The notes: generated by a model from the letters alone, not told the origin. A DNA stretch of 64,000 nt from a virus (IMGVR_UViG_2889049205_000001:96001-160000), one strand, 5' to 3'; positions 17,878-27,890 are shown, counted from the first letter of the stretch. A program made the numbers and translations.

Positions 17878-18259
17878 GCTTCATGCTTTGGTATTGGCCC
17901 CTGCCCTCTTTCAGCCGGCATCCCTATGACTAGGGTTTTATGTGCCAGCCGCTGGAGGGCAGACTAGCCCCAGGGTTATATGGAGCACCATGTCATGGTG
18001 AAGATTATGTATCCTCAACGATGTGTGACGGTTATGTATCATGACCGTGTATTGATGCCCATCGCCTTGAACCTTGAGGATGCTATATTTCCATATTTTC
18101 CATATGGCTCCTAATTGTTTTGAATAATCATGTCGTAATGTGTTACACAACTTAAAGTGTATCTATATATAATATATACCGACAAACCTGGGGTATTTAT
18201 AGATTTATATGTATAGTTCACAAAATAGACACACTGTGTTCTCATTGTTCCCCCCTAAA

Positions 18260-18285
18260 CCGGCTATCGCCTGCATTCATTTTGG
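18260..18285 (+). promoter_or_regulatory. Hairpin promoter motif, copy 6
   Basis: CCGGC-TATC-GCCTG CATTC ATTTT GG. Confidence 0.5.
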
Positions 18286-18317
18286 CATATAATGAATCTT
18301 GTTGATAAGGTGGTGTA

Positions 18318-18863
18318 ATGCATTGCATGTTTATGATACAGTACAGGGATCACACATCCAGAGATGAGCTACAGGTTGGTTATGCTGACACTGAATTCGA
18401 TCTTTCATCATGGTGGAGGCACGATGCCAATATCATATCAATACAGGACGTGCGAGATCTCGGCGATCAAAAGCCATTTCGTATTATTGTTGCCGGTTAT
18501 CGGGAGTTCGTTGATTATCCGATGGCATGCAGATGGTTGGATTACTATCTACAATACACCAATCGAGAACAAATCGTCATCATTTCTGGAATGGCTCGTG
18601 GAGCTGATACCATGGGTGAGGATTATGCTAGGGAGCGTGGGATTTACATCCACCAGGCTGCCGCTGATTGGGATCGTTACGGCAAGAGTGCCGGTTATAT
18701 GCGTAATAGTGAGATGGCCAAAGAAGCTGGACCAGGTGGCGCATGCGTTTGCTTTTGGGACGGCTTGTCCAAGGGAACGAAACACATGATTGATATATCA
18801 AAGCGCCACGAGCTGCTGCTACGTGTCGTGAATTACAAGACCAACAAGGAGATGGTAGTATGA
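18318..18863 (+). CDS. SLOG/YspA-like (DUF2493-type) protein
   Basis: RIIVAGYR, ISGMARGAD, ADWDRYGKSAGYMRNSEM, FWDG.SKGT. Confidence 0.8.
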   Translation: MHCMFMIQYRDHTSRDELQVGYADTEFDLSSWWRHDANIISIQDVRDLGDQKPFRIIVAGYREFVDYPMACRWLDYYLQYTNREQIVIISGMARGADTMGEDYARERGIYIHQAAADWDRYGKSAGYMRNSEMAKEAGPGGACVCFWDGLSKGTKHMIDISKRHELLLRVVNYKTNKEMVV

Positions 18864-19216
18864 GCTCACGTTTAGAATGGTTCAAGAAAAGATACACAGC
18901 TGGACATTTAACCTGGAGTGAACTGGAGGATGCGCTGAATCTCTTGGAGCACTACGAGAATCAGAATCCTGTTCTCTCTAAAGAGAAATGGCGTTTAACG
19001 GAAGAGAATCAGCGCATTCAGAAAGAATGGGATATGTGCGATAAAGCATGCAAAATGTGGCGCACTCGTGCCGAGAATCTTATTGGCGCAGTGAGAGTAT
19101 TCGTTGACAAGAACTTCAAGGGTGGATCCAAAGCAAATCGTGAGGATTACACTCAGATGGTAACGGCTGCTGATGTTTATAAGCTGCGTGAGTCACTGGA
19201 GGCGAATAAGTGGTGA
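18860..19216 (+). CDS. Hypothetical coiled-coil protein
   Basis: ATGA coupling. Confidence 0.6.
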   Translation: MSSRLEWFKKRYTAGHLTWSELEDALNLLEHYENQNPVLSKEKWRLTEENQRIQKEWDMCDKACKMWRTRAENLIGAVRVFVDKNFKGGSKANREDYTQMVTAADVYKLRESLEANKW

Positions 19217-19629
19217 GCGATAAGTGGAAGATCTACGATCGTGACATTGTGGGCCTCTCGCTTATGCTGCACGATGAGATCACGGATAATCATATCCCGC
19301 TCTGCGAGATCGATGTCGAGCCTGGTATTCACGATCATATCGTTATCAGGGGCCAGACGTATTCCTTCTGCCAAAAATCCTTTAAGATACGGGCTGCTGT
19401 TGCCCGCCGCATTGATCTCGGCGATGAACATGATACCGAGGATACAGAACATGCCGTATGTCCTCATTGCGGGCATGAAGACCATGATTGCTTCGAATGG
19501 AGCGGTGATGATGCCGAACACGATTGCGGTCACTGTTCGCTACCATTCAGCTATACCCGTGAAGTCACGATCAGCTACACCACAGTAAAGAAAGGTCGTA
19601 GCTATAAAAAACCAATTGCCGAGGTGTAG
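19213..19629 (+). CDS. Zn-ribbon phage protein
   Basis: CPHCG...CGHC. Confidence 0.65.
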   Translation: MSDKWKIYDRDIVGLSLMLHDEITDNHIPLCEIDVEPGIHDHIVIRGQTYSFCQKSFKIRAAVARRIDLGDEHDTEDTEHAVCPHCGHEDHDCFEWSGDDAEHDCGHCSLPFSYTREVTISYTTVKKGRSYKKPIAEV

Positions 19630-19632
19630 AAC

Positions 19633-20097
19633 ATGAAAGACGTAATCATCGATACTGACGGCGCCTGCTCTGGAAATCCAGGTCCAGGCGGCTGGTCCAA
19701 TATATTCGTATACCCGAATGGTGATGAAGAAATCAAGACTGGCTTCATCCCCTACTCTACTAATAACCTCAGTGAAATCATTGCTGTGATCAGGGCACTT
19801 GAATCTATCATCGAGCCTAGCAGAGTGCTTCTCAAAACAGACTCCAGCGTGGTGCGCAACTGTTTTGATCATGATTGGCGTGGTAGATGGATAGCTAACG
19901 GCTGGAGGAACTCTAAGAACAAGCTCGTTGAGCACCGGCCCTTTTGGGAACGCCTGTTTGAACTGGTTGATTATCATAAAGTGCGCTTTGTTAAGACGAG
20001 TGATGCGGATCCACTACATAAACGTGCTGATGGCCTTGCAAAGAAAGCTATTCGAGAGGGTCTTGCAGAGGTCAAGGCGCAGCTGCAAGGAGCATAA
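19633..20097 (+). CDS. rnhA: Ribonuclease HI
   Basis: TDGACSGNPGPGGW, STNN..E, TDS, RAD.LA: all catalytic acidic residues present. Confidence 0.9.
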   Translation: MKDVIIDTDGACSGNPGPGGWSNIFVYPNGDEEIKTGFIPYSTNNLSEIIAVIRALESIIEPSRVLLKTDSSVVRNCFDHDWRGRWIANGWRNSKNKLVEHRPFWERLFELVDYHKVRFVKTSDADPLHKRADGLAKKAIREGLAEVKAQLQGA

Positions 20098-20134
20098 CCT
20101 GCGGGCTCTATCAGAACTCACAGCTATTACAGAG

Positions 20135-20160
20135 GGTGCTATCGCACCTATTCAATACGA
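20135..20160 (+). promoter_or_regulatory. Hairpin promoter motif, copy 7
   Basis: GGTGC-TATC-GCACC TATTC AATAC GA. Confidence 0.6.
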
Positions 20161-20202
20161 TTTACTTAACCATACCCCTATTTTCCCAAGGAGGAACTAT
20201 CC

Positions 20203-20520
20203 ATGAAATACGCATACACGATTAAAGGCTTGAAGGTTAACGTGAACATCCAAGGGCCGCAAAACGACGAATCGAACGGTAAAGCAGTCGCTTCCGTTGA
20301 AGTCGAAGAGCTGAAGATCGAGCATGAAGTTGAAGGCGGCATTCGGGAGCAGGCTGAGCACATGGCTGCGATCGGCAAGGCTGTGCTCGATATCGTCCGT
20401 GAGGTACGTAAGCCGGCTCATGAACAACATCCAATCGATAGTGGCATGTTCGTTCATTTCCTTGGCGCTGATGCCGAAGGCTTTACCTTCCCTGGCTTTC
20501 CAATCTTTAAGAATAAGTAA
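20203..20520 (+). CDS. Hypothetical protein
   Basis: AAGGAGG RBS. Confidence 0.65.
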   Translation: MKYAYTIKGLKVNVNIQGPQNDESNGKAVASVEVEELKIEHEVEGGIREQAEHMAAIGKAVLDIVREVRKPAHEQHPIDSGMFVHFLGADAEGFTFPGFPIFKNK

Positions 20521-20642
20521 CGTCATATTACGTACCGTTATTACTTTATACGTTATATGTTCATATTTAATATGAACTATTGAATGTCGTAATCATGTTC
20601 TTATGGAATATTAGGAATTAACGGTATGAAAAAAGGACGCCC

Positions 20643-21323
20643 CTATTCTTGGGCGTCCATCTCCGGCGGAGACTTAAACATTCGTTTCCATGCTGGCAAA
20701 GCCATGTACTGTCGAAGAGCCAAGGACTGTTTGAGGTGAGCCATCGTCTCTCGGTCCCTCTTCTCTTGATGCTCGATGATCTTATCAATCTTTACTGCTT
20801 GTTCGTTCTTTGAGTGAGCCAGCTGCTGTTCGAGGGTTTCAATCTTCTGGATCTGCTCCTGTTTGGCCAGCACAACCTGTTTCTCCAGAGAATCAATCTT
20901 CTCCAGCGTCTCTTTGTTCATTTCCTGATTCAAAGCGACGAACCATTCTCGGAATGCATCCTGCTGCATTAGGCGATCCATGTCCACATATGTAAGCTGC
21001 GGCGCCGGTATCGGCAACGGGAACTCCCCGTCTGGCTTGCGAAGCTCAAATGCGCCAGTCTCGTTAGCCATGTCATAGATCATGCGGGCCAGGTCTTCAC
21101 CGGTCGTCTTTCGGCCATGTACTTCCTTTTGATCCTTGATAAATTTGAATATCTCGATATCCGTGTCATAAAACAGCCGTTCTTTGCGCTCGTTGCGCTT
21201 CACGAAGTGTACGCCGTGGTTTTCGAGCATATCTGCCCATCCACGAAGCGTCGGCTGCGGAGTACCCAGGATCTCGGAGGCATCGCCGAGCGTCACAAAC
21301 GGCACTTCACGCTGAATTGCCAT
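20643..21323 (-). CDS. MerR-like HTH plus coiled coil (RacA/DUF3967/pSK1 Par-like)
   Basis: TLGDASEILGTPQPTLRGW..R.F...DI; coiled coil; WKRMF tail. Confidence 0.7.
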   Translation of the reverse strand: MAIQREVPFVTLGDASEILGTPQPTLRGWADMLENHGVHFVKRNERKERLFYDTDIEIFKFIKDQKEVHGRKTTGEDLARMIYDMANETGAFELRKPDGEFPLPIPAPQLTYVDMDRLMQQDAFREWFVALNQEMNKETLEKIDSLEKQVVLAKQEQIQKIETLEQQLAHSKNEQAVKIDKIIEHQEKRDRETMAHLKQSLALRQYMALPAWKRMFKSPPEMDAQE

Positions 21324-21413
21324 AAATAAAAACACCTCCCCTACTCTATGTATAGCATATCTGAGCAATCCGCTCAACACCAGAGTTGATAGGTGTAGCT
21401 ATAGATTATACCC

Positions 21414-21610
21414 CGCCCTATATCATAGGTCATCGACTTAGATAATTAAGGTATCTCGCTCTACATGATAGTTCATATACTGAGCTATGATGTAGGTCGA
21501 AATGCAACTCGCCCTACATGATATCTCATACATATAGCTATGCGCATCGGTCGCTATACTTCAGATTTCATAACTCGCTATCAATGAAGTAACCCGCTAT
21601 CCATGAGATT
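21414..21610. repeat. Degenerate 15-bp repeats, consensus about CGCYCTACATSATAG
   Basis: Copies at 21414, 21457, 21485 (inverted) and 21510; weaker copies at 21552, 21576 and 21595. Confidence 0.6.
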
Positions 21611-21658
21611 TCATAGAATAATCTTTGAGGAAAGTATCTGAAAGGGTTTGATGTAGGT

Positions 21659-22276
21659 ATGAATCACCTGATTTTGCGGCTATCAGGTTTCATGTATGGC
21701 GGATTCACCTCTGTAATAGTAGCTATGACATGTCGTGGAGGTCACTCAGAGGCTATCATATCGGTCGCCTTGGCCATCTCAGCTATGAATTACTACCTGA
21801 TAGGCAAGTTAACGCTGAAAAAGCATGCGATGATCGACACTTTGACCAAGGCATTCAATCGATTGGCATGGGAAATGGATCTGAAGAGGAGGGACCGCCA
21901 GGAAATGGCAGTCTTAGCGCTCGATCTGGATCACTTCAAATCCATTAATGATACCTTCGGCCATGTGATGGGGGATTCCGTGCTCCAACAGGTAGGTGCA
22001 GTCGTTCGTCAGCACATAAGACCAGCCGATGTCTTTTACCGGTATGGGGGAGAGGAGTTTGTCATTGTTCTCCATGATGTTGACCTTCAGATAGCCCTTG
22101 ATAGAGGTCAATCATTGCTCGAGCTGATTAAGTCAAAGGTCAGAGCAGGGGAACAGGAGGTCACATGTTCTATTGGTGTCGCTCAAGGGAACGACCTCGC
22201 AGAAACGTTCAAGGAAGCTGATCAAGCCTTATATTTAGCAAAACAGCAAGGGCGAAATCAAGTTAAATGCCTCTGA
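21659..22276 (+). CDS. Diguanylate cyclase (GGDEF) with N-terminal TM helices
   Basis: D.LT..FNR, DLDHFKSINDTFGH..GD, RPAD I-site, YRYGGEEF. Confidence 0.9.
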   Translation: MNHLILRLSGFMYGGFTSVIVAMTCRGGHSEAIISVALAISAMNYYLIGKLTLKKHAMIDTLTKAFNRLAWEMDLKRRDRQEMAVLALDLDHFKSINDTFGHVMGDSVLQQVGAVVRQHIRPADVFYRYGGEEFVIVLHDVDLQIALDRGQSLLELIKSKVRAGEQEVTCSIGVAQGNDLAETFKEADQALYLAKQQGRNQVKCL

Positions 22277-22303
22277 TGTAGCTCAATTTTAAAGGAAAGG
22301 GAA

Positions 22304-23173
22304 GTGGGAGATATGCGCATTATTATTGATGATTCTGCAATTCACTGGGATATGAATCCGGATCCGATTATCTGCTTTTTGACCGGTGAATCCACGAATT
22401 ACTGGTTCATTTTCAAGAACGGAGAAGGGGCTCATATCCATATTGGTGCAACGATAGCCGCACAAATCCTGAACAAATTGGATAAGCGCACTGTAGCCGA
22501 AAAACAGCGGTTTACAGAGATGGCTATTAATCATAAGGGGAGGGAGCTGCAGCTCACGATCGAGGATCTTCGCACCTATTACGGAGCTCAGATTGACCAC
22601 TTGGACGAGCCGGACTATATGCCAACCGAACTTGATCTTGAATCGCATTGGCTGCTGACGGTGCCAGAAAAGTGGATCCACATGAATCCTGGAAGAGAAG
22701 GGATTTTCAATATTGCCCATAAATGGACGAGCCAGCATCTCATGCAGCCTGATCTGTACGGCTACAACAACATGACGAAGGGGGAGAAGGTTATTTTTAA
22801 AAATGACCTTTGGACAATCGTCATGGTGTCTAGGATGGGAGACTTCGGGTTGTCGCAAACTGGTGAGCTTCCATACAGCATTCGTGTTCGTCCAGATGAA
22901 TGCAGCAAAGTGCCATTTCATAATCATGACTGCCTCGAATGCACCTACATCACAAGTGAACAGGTGACAGCAGAGAGGATTGATTGGTACAGCTGCAATC
23001 AAGGTGGAGCCGGCGGTACAGTCATCGCAAGACATGGTAGTGAGGGGGCGGAATATCGCTCGTATCCACATTCCACGCTTGCTGAAGCCTATGTCAAAGG
23101 TAGTCCAGAGATTTATCAAAGGGCGAGGGCGATCTATCGGATCGCTAAATCAAAGGAGGTAGCAGCCGTATGA
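22304..23173 (+). CDS. Hypothetical multidomain phage protein
   Basis: 289 aa ORF with RBS. Confidence 0.65.
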   Translation: MGDMRIIIDDSAIHWDMNPDPIICFLTGESTNYWFIFKNGEGAHIHIGATIAAQILNKLDKRTVAEKQRFTEMAINHKGRELQLTIEDLRTYYGAQIDHLDEPDYMPTELDLESHWLLTVPEKWIHMNPGREGIFNIAHKWTSQHLMQPDLYGYNNMTKGEKVIFKNDLWTIVMVSRMGDFGLSQTGELPYSIRVRPDECSKVPFHNHDCLECTYITSEQVTAERIDWYSCNQGGAGGTVIARHGSEGAEYRSYPHSTLAEAYVKGSPEIYQRARAIYRIAKSKEVAAV

Positions 23174-23655
23174 TCAAGCATATGAAGGGCAATCTGCTTC
23201 TTAGCGATTGCAATATCATCGGCCACCAGGCCAACTGCTTTTCAACCATGGGGTCCGGCATTGCTCATCAAATTGCCAAGATGTATCCCATAGCTCGCAA
23301 TTCGGATACGAACTATCCCGCTCAGCCACGGGATCGCCTTGGAAGTTGCTCTTATGCGGTATGCAAACATGAAATGGGGGAGGGTAGGATCGCAGTTTTC
23401 AATCTCTACGGCCAGTACGATTACGGGCGAGAGAACAAGACCTATACCAACTACCAGGGCTTACGATCGGCTCTCAATAAGATGATGCAGTTCGTTCAGC
23501 TGCTTGAAGAGCGAGAAGTAATCCCGAACCCGAAGATCGGGCTTCCGTACCGGATCGGGGCCGGACTGGCGAGAGGGCAGTGGACGATCATTGAAAGCAT
23601 GATCAAGGAAGTCTCTGATTTCCATGGTCGCACCATTTATTTGTACGAGCTCTAA
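23170..23655 (+). CDS. Macro domain protein
   Basis: KGNLL, HQANCFSTMGSGIA, PYRIGAGLARG.W. Confidence 0.85.
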   Translation: MIKHMKGNLLLSDCNIIGHQANCFSTMGSGIAHQIAKMYPIARNSDTNYPAQPRDRLGSCSYAVCKHEMGEGRIAVFNLYGQYDYGRENKTYTNYQGLRSALNKMMQFVQLLEEREVIPNPKIGLPYRIGAGLARGQWTIIESMIKEVSDFHGRTIYLYEL

Positions 23656-23707
23656 TAAGACGGGTATTAGCCCGTCTTTTTCTATTCCAAGAAGGTGGTG
23701 AAAAGGC

Positions 23708-24226
23708 ATGACATTAGAAGGAAAAGCTAAATTTGATGCAATGCGTTGCGATATTTGGATCAGCGGCACTGCAGCAATCGACGAAACGAGTGGAGGATAC
23801 GCTGCCATCCTGCGATCCCACATTGGTGGGGTGGACTACTCCAAGAAAGTTGCCGGCTATGGGCTGGATGGTTCTACCGTAACTCGGATGACGCTAAAAG
23901 CTGTTGTGGAGGCTTTGAAACAAATCAAACACCCAATGTTTGTTCACGTCTATACGACGCTGCCGCAAGTAAGCGCCGGCATCAACAAGAATTTGCGTAA
24001 GTGGGCGGCCAAGGATTTCACAAAGGGCCGTAAGAAGGAGCTGCTGCAGCACGAGGATCTCTGGCGTGAACTGTCTGCCTTGCTCGAGGAAAAATGCATT
24101 TCGTATAAATGCCACTTCCAGAAGGAAAGTCCAGATCCGCAGAACAATCTTCGTGCGATTCATACTGCATCGGAATACGCCATGAAAGCGAAGAAAACAT
24201 TCTTCGACGTGGCCATAGCTCAATGA
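23708..24226 (+). CDS. RNase H-fold protein, catalytically degenerate
   Basis: GGYAAIL, RMTLKAVVEAL, DLWREL; acidic active-site residues replaced. Confidence 0.7.
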   Translation: MTLEGKAKFDAMRCDIWISGTAAIDETSGGYAAILRSHIGGVDYSKKVAGYGLDGSTVTRMTLKAVVEALKQIKHPMFVHVYTTLPQVSAGINKNLRKWAAKDFTKGRKKELLQHEDLWRELSALLEEKCISYKCHFQKESPDPQNNLRAIHTASEYAMKAKKTFFDVAIAQ

Positions 24227-24243
24227 GAGAGAAGGGGAGAGGT

Positions 24244-24489
24244 ATGCGAGATAAAATTTGCGCAGCTATCGACTATGCAATCGATCGTCCGAAGCTTTAT
24301 GTGCCCATCGGGATCCTGCTTCTAGGAATCGCCATCGCTTTGGGGCCGCTTGCACTGGTTATGTTTGCTCTGATGATACCTGTCATTGTGATGTACTTCC
24401 GCTGGACGCTGATCGAGGAGGAGCCCTCCAAGGTTGTCAAAGAAGAGGTGCATGAAGAAATGTTGCGCCGTCGCCGGAAGCACGCTTAA
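24244..24489 (+). CDS. Small membrane protein
   Basis: Two hydrophobic segments. Confidence 0.55.
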   Translation: MRDKICAAIDYAIDRPKLYVPIGILLLGIAIALGPLALVMFALMIPVIVMYFRWTLIEEEPSKVVKEEVHEEMLRRRRKHA

Positions 24490-24492
24490 ACC

Positions 24493-24518
24493 AAGCCTGT
24501 CGGCTTCATTCATTGCGA
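24493..24518 (+). promoter_or_regulatory. Hairpin promoter motif, copy 8
   Basis: AAGCC-TGTC-GGCTT CATTC ATTGC GA. Confidence 0.6.
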
Positions 24519-24544
24519 AAATTATATTAGGAGGAATATACATC

Positions 24545-24808
24545 ATGTTGAATTACAAAACGTCTTTAAATCTTGCCACTTGCGATTCTGCTCAAGAGGC
24601 TAGATCGATCCTGTCGTCTATCGAAGCGTCGGTTGCTAGTGATTCCTTGAATCATGCCATCAAACAACTCGGCGACCAGGTAGAAGGCTTCATTGCATCT
24701 GGTCATCATAATCTGGCTCTTTTCACATTGACTCGGCTTGCCATGCTGGAAGATCTTCAGCTTAACGTCGAGCGCATGGCCAACAATGTGCAATCCCTTC
24801 GAAGATGA
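24545..24808 (+). CDS. Hypothetical protein
   Basis: AGGAGG RBS. Confidence 0.6.
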   Translation: MLNYKTSLNLATCDSAQEARSILSSIEASVASDSLNHAIKQLGDQVEGFIASGHHNLALFTLTRLAMLEDLQLNVERMANNVQSLRR

Positions 24809-24951
24809 ATAAGGCGCTGGTCGTGATTGGCGTCATCTGTCTTATTGGCGGCAACGTTATGGCGTTGCCGCTTATTTTTATTTGCTGGCTCATTTATCAA
24901 TGGATCCGAAACGGAACCTAAACCAACCCAATTTCGAGGAGGAAATATCCA

Positions 24952-25824
24952 ATGATTCAACTTATCCAGAACGTAATTAAAAACAGCATCCGTGTCGAAG
25001 TCAAAGAAAAGAATCGCTATGAACAGTATCCGGTAATCGTCACTGATGTAGCTGAGGGTTCCATCACAAATGGCTGGTCGCTCACTTATTATCCAAAGCT
25101 GACGCATGACCGTCAGCGCTTGTACGACATCAAGCAGGCGTTCGGGTCTCTTGGTATTACCATGTTCAGCAACCTGTACAATGCAGTCATGTCTGTCGAT
25201 CAGCGTTTTCTCGCCGGCGAAGGCGTGCAAGAGCTGCGTGGTCGGAAGCATGCAGCCTATGAGTTCGGAGACGGAACGGGTCGCATTACTTCTCGTTTTG
25301 CTTGCATGCAAAAAGAGCATAGCAATACAATCACAGTTTCGATCCTTGACTCCAATTCGCCATTCTATATGCTGTCCATTAATTTCACGGTTATGAATAG
25401 CAAACAGGAGCCTGGAAAACGTCACATGGTGGGGTCCGACAAGCAGTGGGATGCAGCCATTGACGTGTTCAATGAGCGCAATGCTCAGTTCGCTCCGGAC
25501 AGCGCACGGTTCATTCAAGTATTTCAGGAGGGGGAAAACACCTTTCCTTATGTACGAGCAGCGATGCAGTCAGGTATGAATGGCGTATCTCAGGTCGATC
25601 CTAATGCTAGCTTCGTATGGCGCCGAGATATTTCTAATGAGTTTCAAGCATTGGCGCTGGCCTATGAGAAAGTAATTCTTCGGACGGCCATGGAAGTAGC
25701 TTATGACAGTATTCGACATACACTTCAGGCCACAAGAGTCCAAGAGCCTACTTTAGCTTCCGGAAATGTTGGCCCATTCGGTATGGCCGCCGGTGCAGTT
25801 GCGTCTGGATGGCAGCCAAGATAG
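24952..25824 (+). CDS. Hypothetical protein
   Basis: 290 aa; GAGGAGG RBS. Confidence 0.7.
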   Translation: MIQLIQNVIKNSIRVEVKEKNRYEQYPVIVTDVAEGSITNGWSLTYYPKLTHDRQRLYDIKQAFGSLGITMFSNLYNAVMSVDQRFLAGEGVQELRGRKHAAYEFGDGTGRITSRFACMQKEHSNTITVSILDSNSPFYMLSINFTVMNSKQEPGKRHMVGSDKQWDAAIDVFNERNAQFAPDSARFIQVFQEGENTFPYVRAAMQSGMNGVSQVDPNASFVWRRDISNEFQALALAYEKVILRTAMEVAYDSIRHTLQATRVQEPTLASGNVGPFGMAAGAVASGWQPR

Positions 25825-25974
25825 TCGTATTGGGTGCTGTGGGTAAAGTTTCCTTGCAGCACCCGATGCACATTTCACCGAATATTGCTATAATATTCTA
25901 GGAGCATTGGATATCGTATTGACGGACCTAATGCTATACTTTATGGGTCCTTTTGCCCCCGAGGAGGGTTTCGT

Positions 25975-27822
25975 TTGATACAGGTTCGATCGCAATATAA
26001 TAATATATACGTGAAGATTCTCGATTCCATGGAGACTTTTGATCTGACCCTTGAAAAAGTGCGGTCAATTCCAGATCGATCCTTCAACATGGCCACAGGG
26101 GAGTGGATGTTTCCACGTACTCATATCGGCCATCTTCTTTATTGCTTCAACAATCAAATCAGTTGGATGACTCCTCTTGCTGAAATTGTACAAGATGTCC
26201 CAATTGATAATGAGCTTGTTAATCAGCATTTGCAATGGGAGTCTGAAGGGGAGTTCAAAAACTTCCTCATACCGATGTACCCGTACCAGAAGGTTGGATC
26301 TAATTTTTTGATCGACCGTGGATCTGGCGCTGTGTTTGACGGCTGCGGGCTGGGGAAGACGCCTCAATTGATCGGTGCGATCATGAAGCTTAATGAAATG
26401 GGTAAAGCTGAAAAAGCACTCATCGTTACGCTCAACAGTTTGAAACGACAATGGGCGAAAGAGATTGAGAAATTCACAGGCGAGACAGCTTTGGCCGCCA
26501 CCGGCACATCCGATCGAAGAGGCAAGATTCTTCGAGAATTTGGCCGGCGCAAAGAAATTAAATTCCTTGTAGTTAATTACGAGATGCTTCGATCAGAGAG
26601 CTTCATGAAAATCCTAAAATCGATTAAGATCGATGTAGTTGCTCTTGATGAAGCACAGAAAATAAAGACGGGTGTTACAGATGCTTATCTGGACATTAAG
26701 CCGAGCCAGAACGCAATGGGTGCCCATGAGCTGAAACATATTCCATACCGTTTTATTGCGACGGCCACGCCGCTGCAGGGGAAAGCCGAAGAAGTGTGGA
26801 GTCTGTTTTACTTCCTGGACGAGAATATTCTTGGACCATGGGAATACTTCCGTGAAAGGTATTGCACCTATTCCAAAAAGTATGGCATCACTGGTTATCA
26901 GAACCAGGGCGAACTATACTATCGAATTGCACCGTACTTCATCAGAAGGACGAAGGATATGCCGGAAATCCAGCAGCAGCTACCGGAAGTTCAACACAGC
27001 CATGTCTTCTTAGAGATGACCGATCTTCAAGACAAGCTGCACAATTATTTACTGCAGCAGTTGGCTGATGTGAAGGAGCAGGCGAGAGGGATCAACGGCT
27101 ACACATTCCTTAACGGACAAAGTGTTTCGCCGCAAGAAGCGAAAGACTACTTCGATGCGCTGGCGCAAGGATATACTACCTTCTTAATCGAAACCTGCGA
27201 CTCCCCAGAGCTCATTTATAACAGCGCTTCTCAGATGGCACAACGGATCCGCACCGAGTTTGGATTGGACCCAAAATCGTTAAAGTCTCCGAAAATTGAG
27301 CACCTTAAAGACTTCTACGAGAACATGACGTTCGATGAGCCGAAGTCCAAAGTCGTTATCTTTACTCGATTTGAGGGCATGGCGCAGCTGATACACAAAC
27401 AGCTGCCTAACTCAGTGATCTATCATGGTGAGATGAGCGAGGGCGGCAAACAATTCGCTGTCGAACGATTCCGTGAGGATCCAGAGATTAAAGCATTTAT
27501 TTCGACTGACGCAGGATCAACGGGGTTAAATCTTCAGGTGGCGAATTACCTGATCCACGTTGATATGCCATGGGACCATACCTGGGTTGAGCAGCGAAAC
27601 GGTCGTATTGACCGGACAGGGAACCAGTTCAGCAACGTCACCATTTATTATTACTGCATGGGCGATAGCTATGACGAGCAGGTCCTGGAGATCATTAATC
27701 GCAAGTCCGAGCTGGCCGCCGCCATCATTGAAGGCGGAAGAGATTCGCATCATCGAGGCCCTGATGTTCACGCCTTGGCGATTGAACGGATGCTCAAGCG
27801 AAAGAATAAACAATTGGCCTGA
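25975..27822 (+). CDS. SNF2-family helicase/translocase (HARP-like N-terminus)
   Basis: GLGKT, DEAQ, TATP, TGLNLQ, QRNGRIDR. Confidence 0.9.
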   Translation: MIQVRSQYNNIYVKILDSMETFDLTLEKVRSIPDRSFNMATGEWMFPRTHIGHLLYCFNNQISWMTPLAEIVQDVPIDNELVNQHLQWESEGEFKNFLIPMYPYQKVGSNFLIDRGSGAVFDGCGLGKTPQLIGAIMKLNEMGKAEKALIVTLNSLKRQWAKEIEKFTGETALAATGTSDRRGKILREFGRRKEIKFLVVNYEMLRSESFMKILKSIKIDVVALDEAQKIKTGVTDAYLDIKPSQNAMGAHELKHIPYRFIATATPLQGKAEEVWSLFYFLDENILGPWEYFRERYCTYSKKYGITGYQNQGELYYRIAPYFIRRTKDMPEIQQQLPEVQHSHVFLEMTDLQDKLHNYLLQQLADVKEQARGINGYTFLNGQSVSPQEAKDYFDALAQGYTTFLIETCDSPELIYNSASQMAQRIRTEFGLDPKSLKSPKIEHLKDFYENMTFDEPKSKVVIFTRFEGMAQLIHKQLPNSVIYHGEMSEGGKQFAVERFREDPEIKAFISTDAGSTGLNLQVANYLIHVDMPWDHTWVEQRNGRIDRTGNQFSNVTIYYYCMGDSYDEQVLEIINRKSELAAAIIEGGRDSHHRGPDVHALAIERMLKRKNKQLA

Positions 27823-27890
27823 CGATTGACCAGGACATCCTTCATGTGTAAGATGGGGGATGTCTTTTTTTATGCGTAAGGAGGGCTGAA

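Noticed and set aside
21414-21610. CRISPR array
   Set aside because: Repeats are short, degenerate, irregularly spaced and mixed in orientation; no cas genes in the window.
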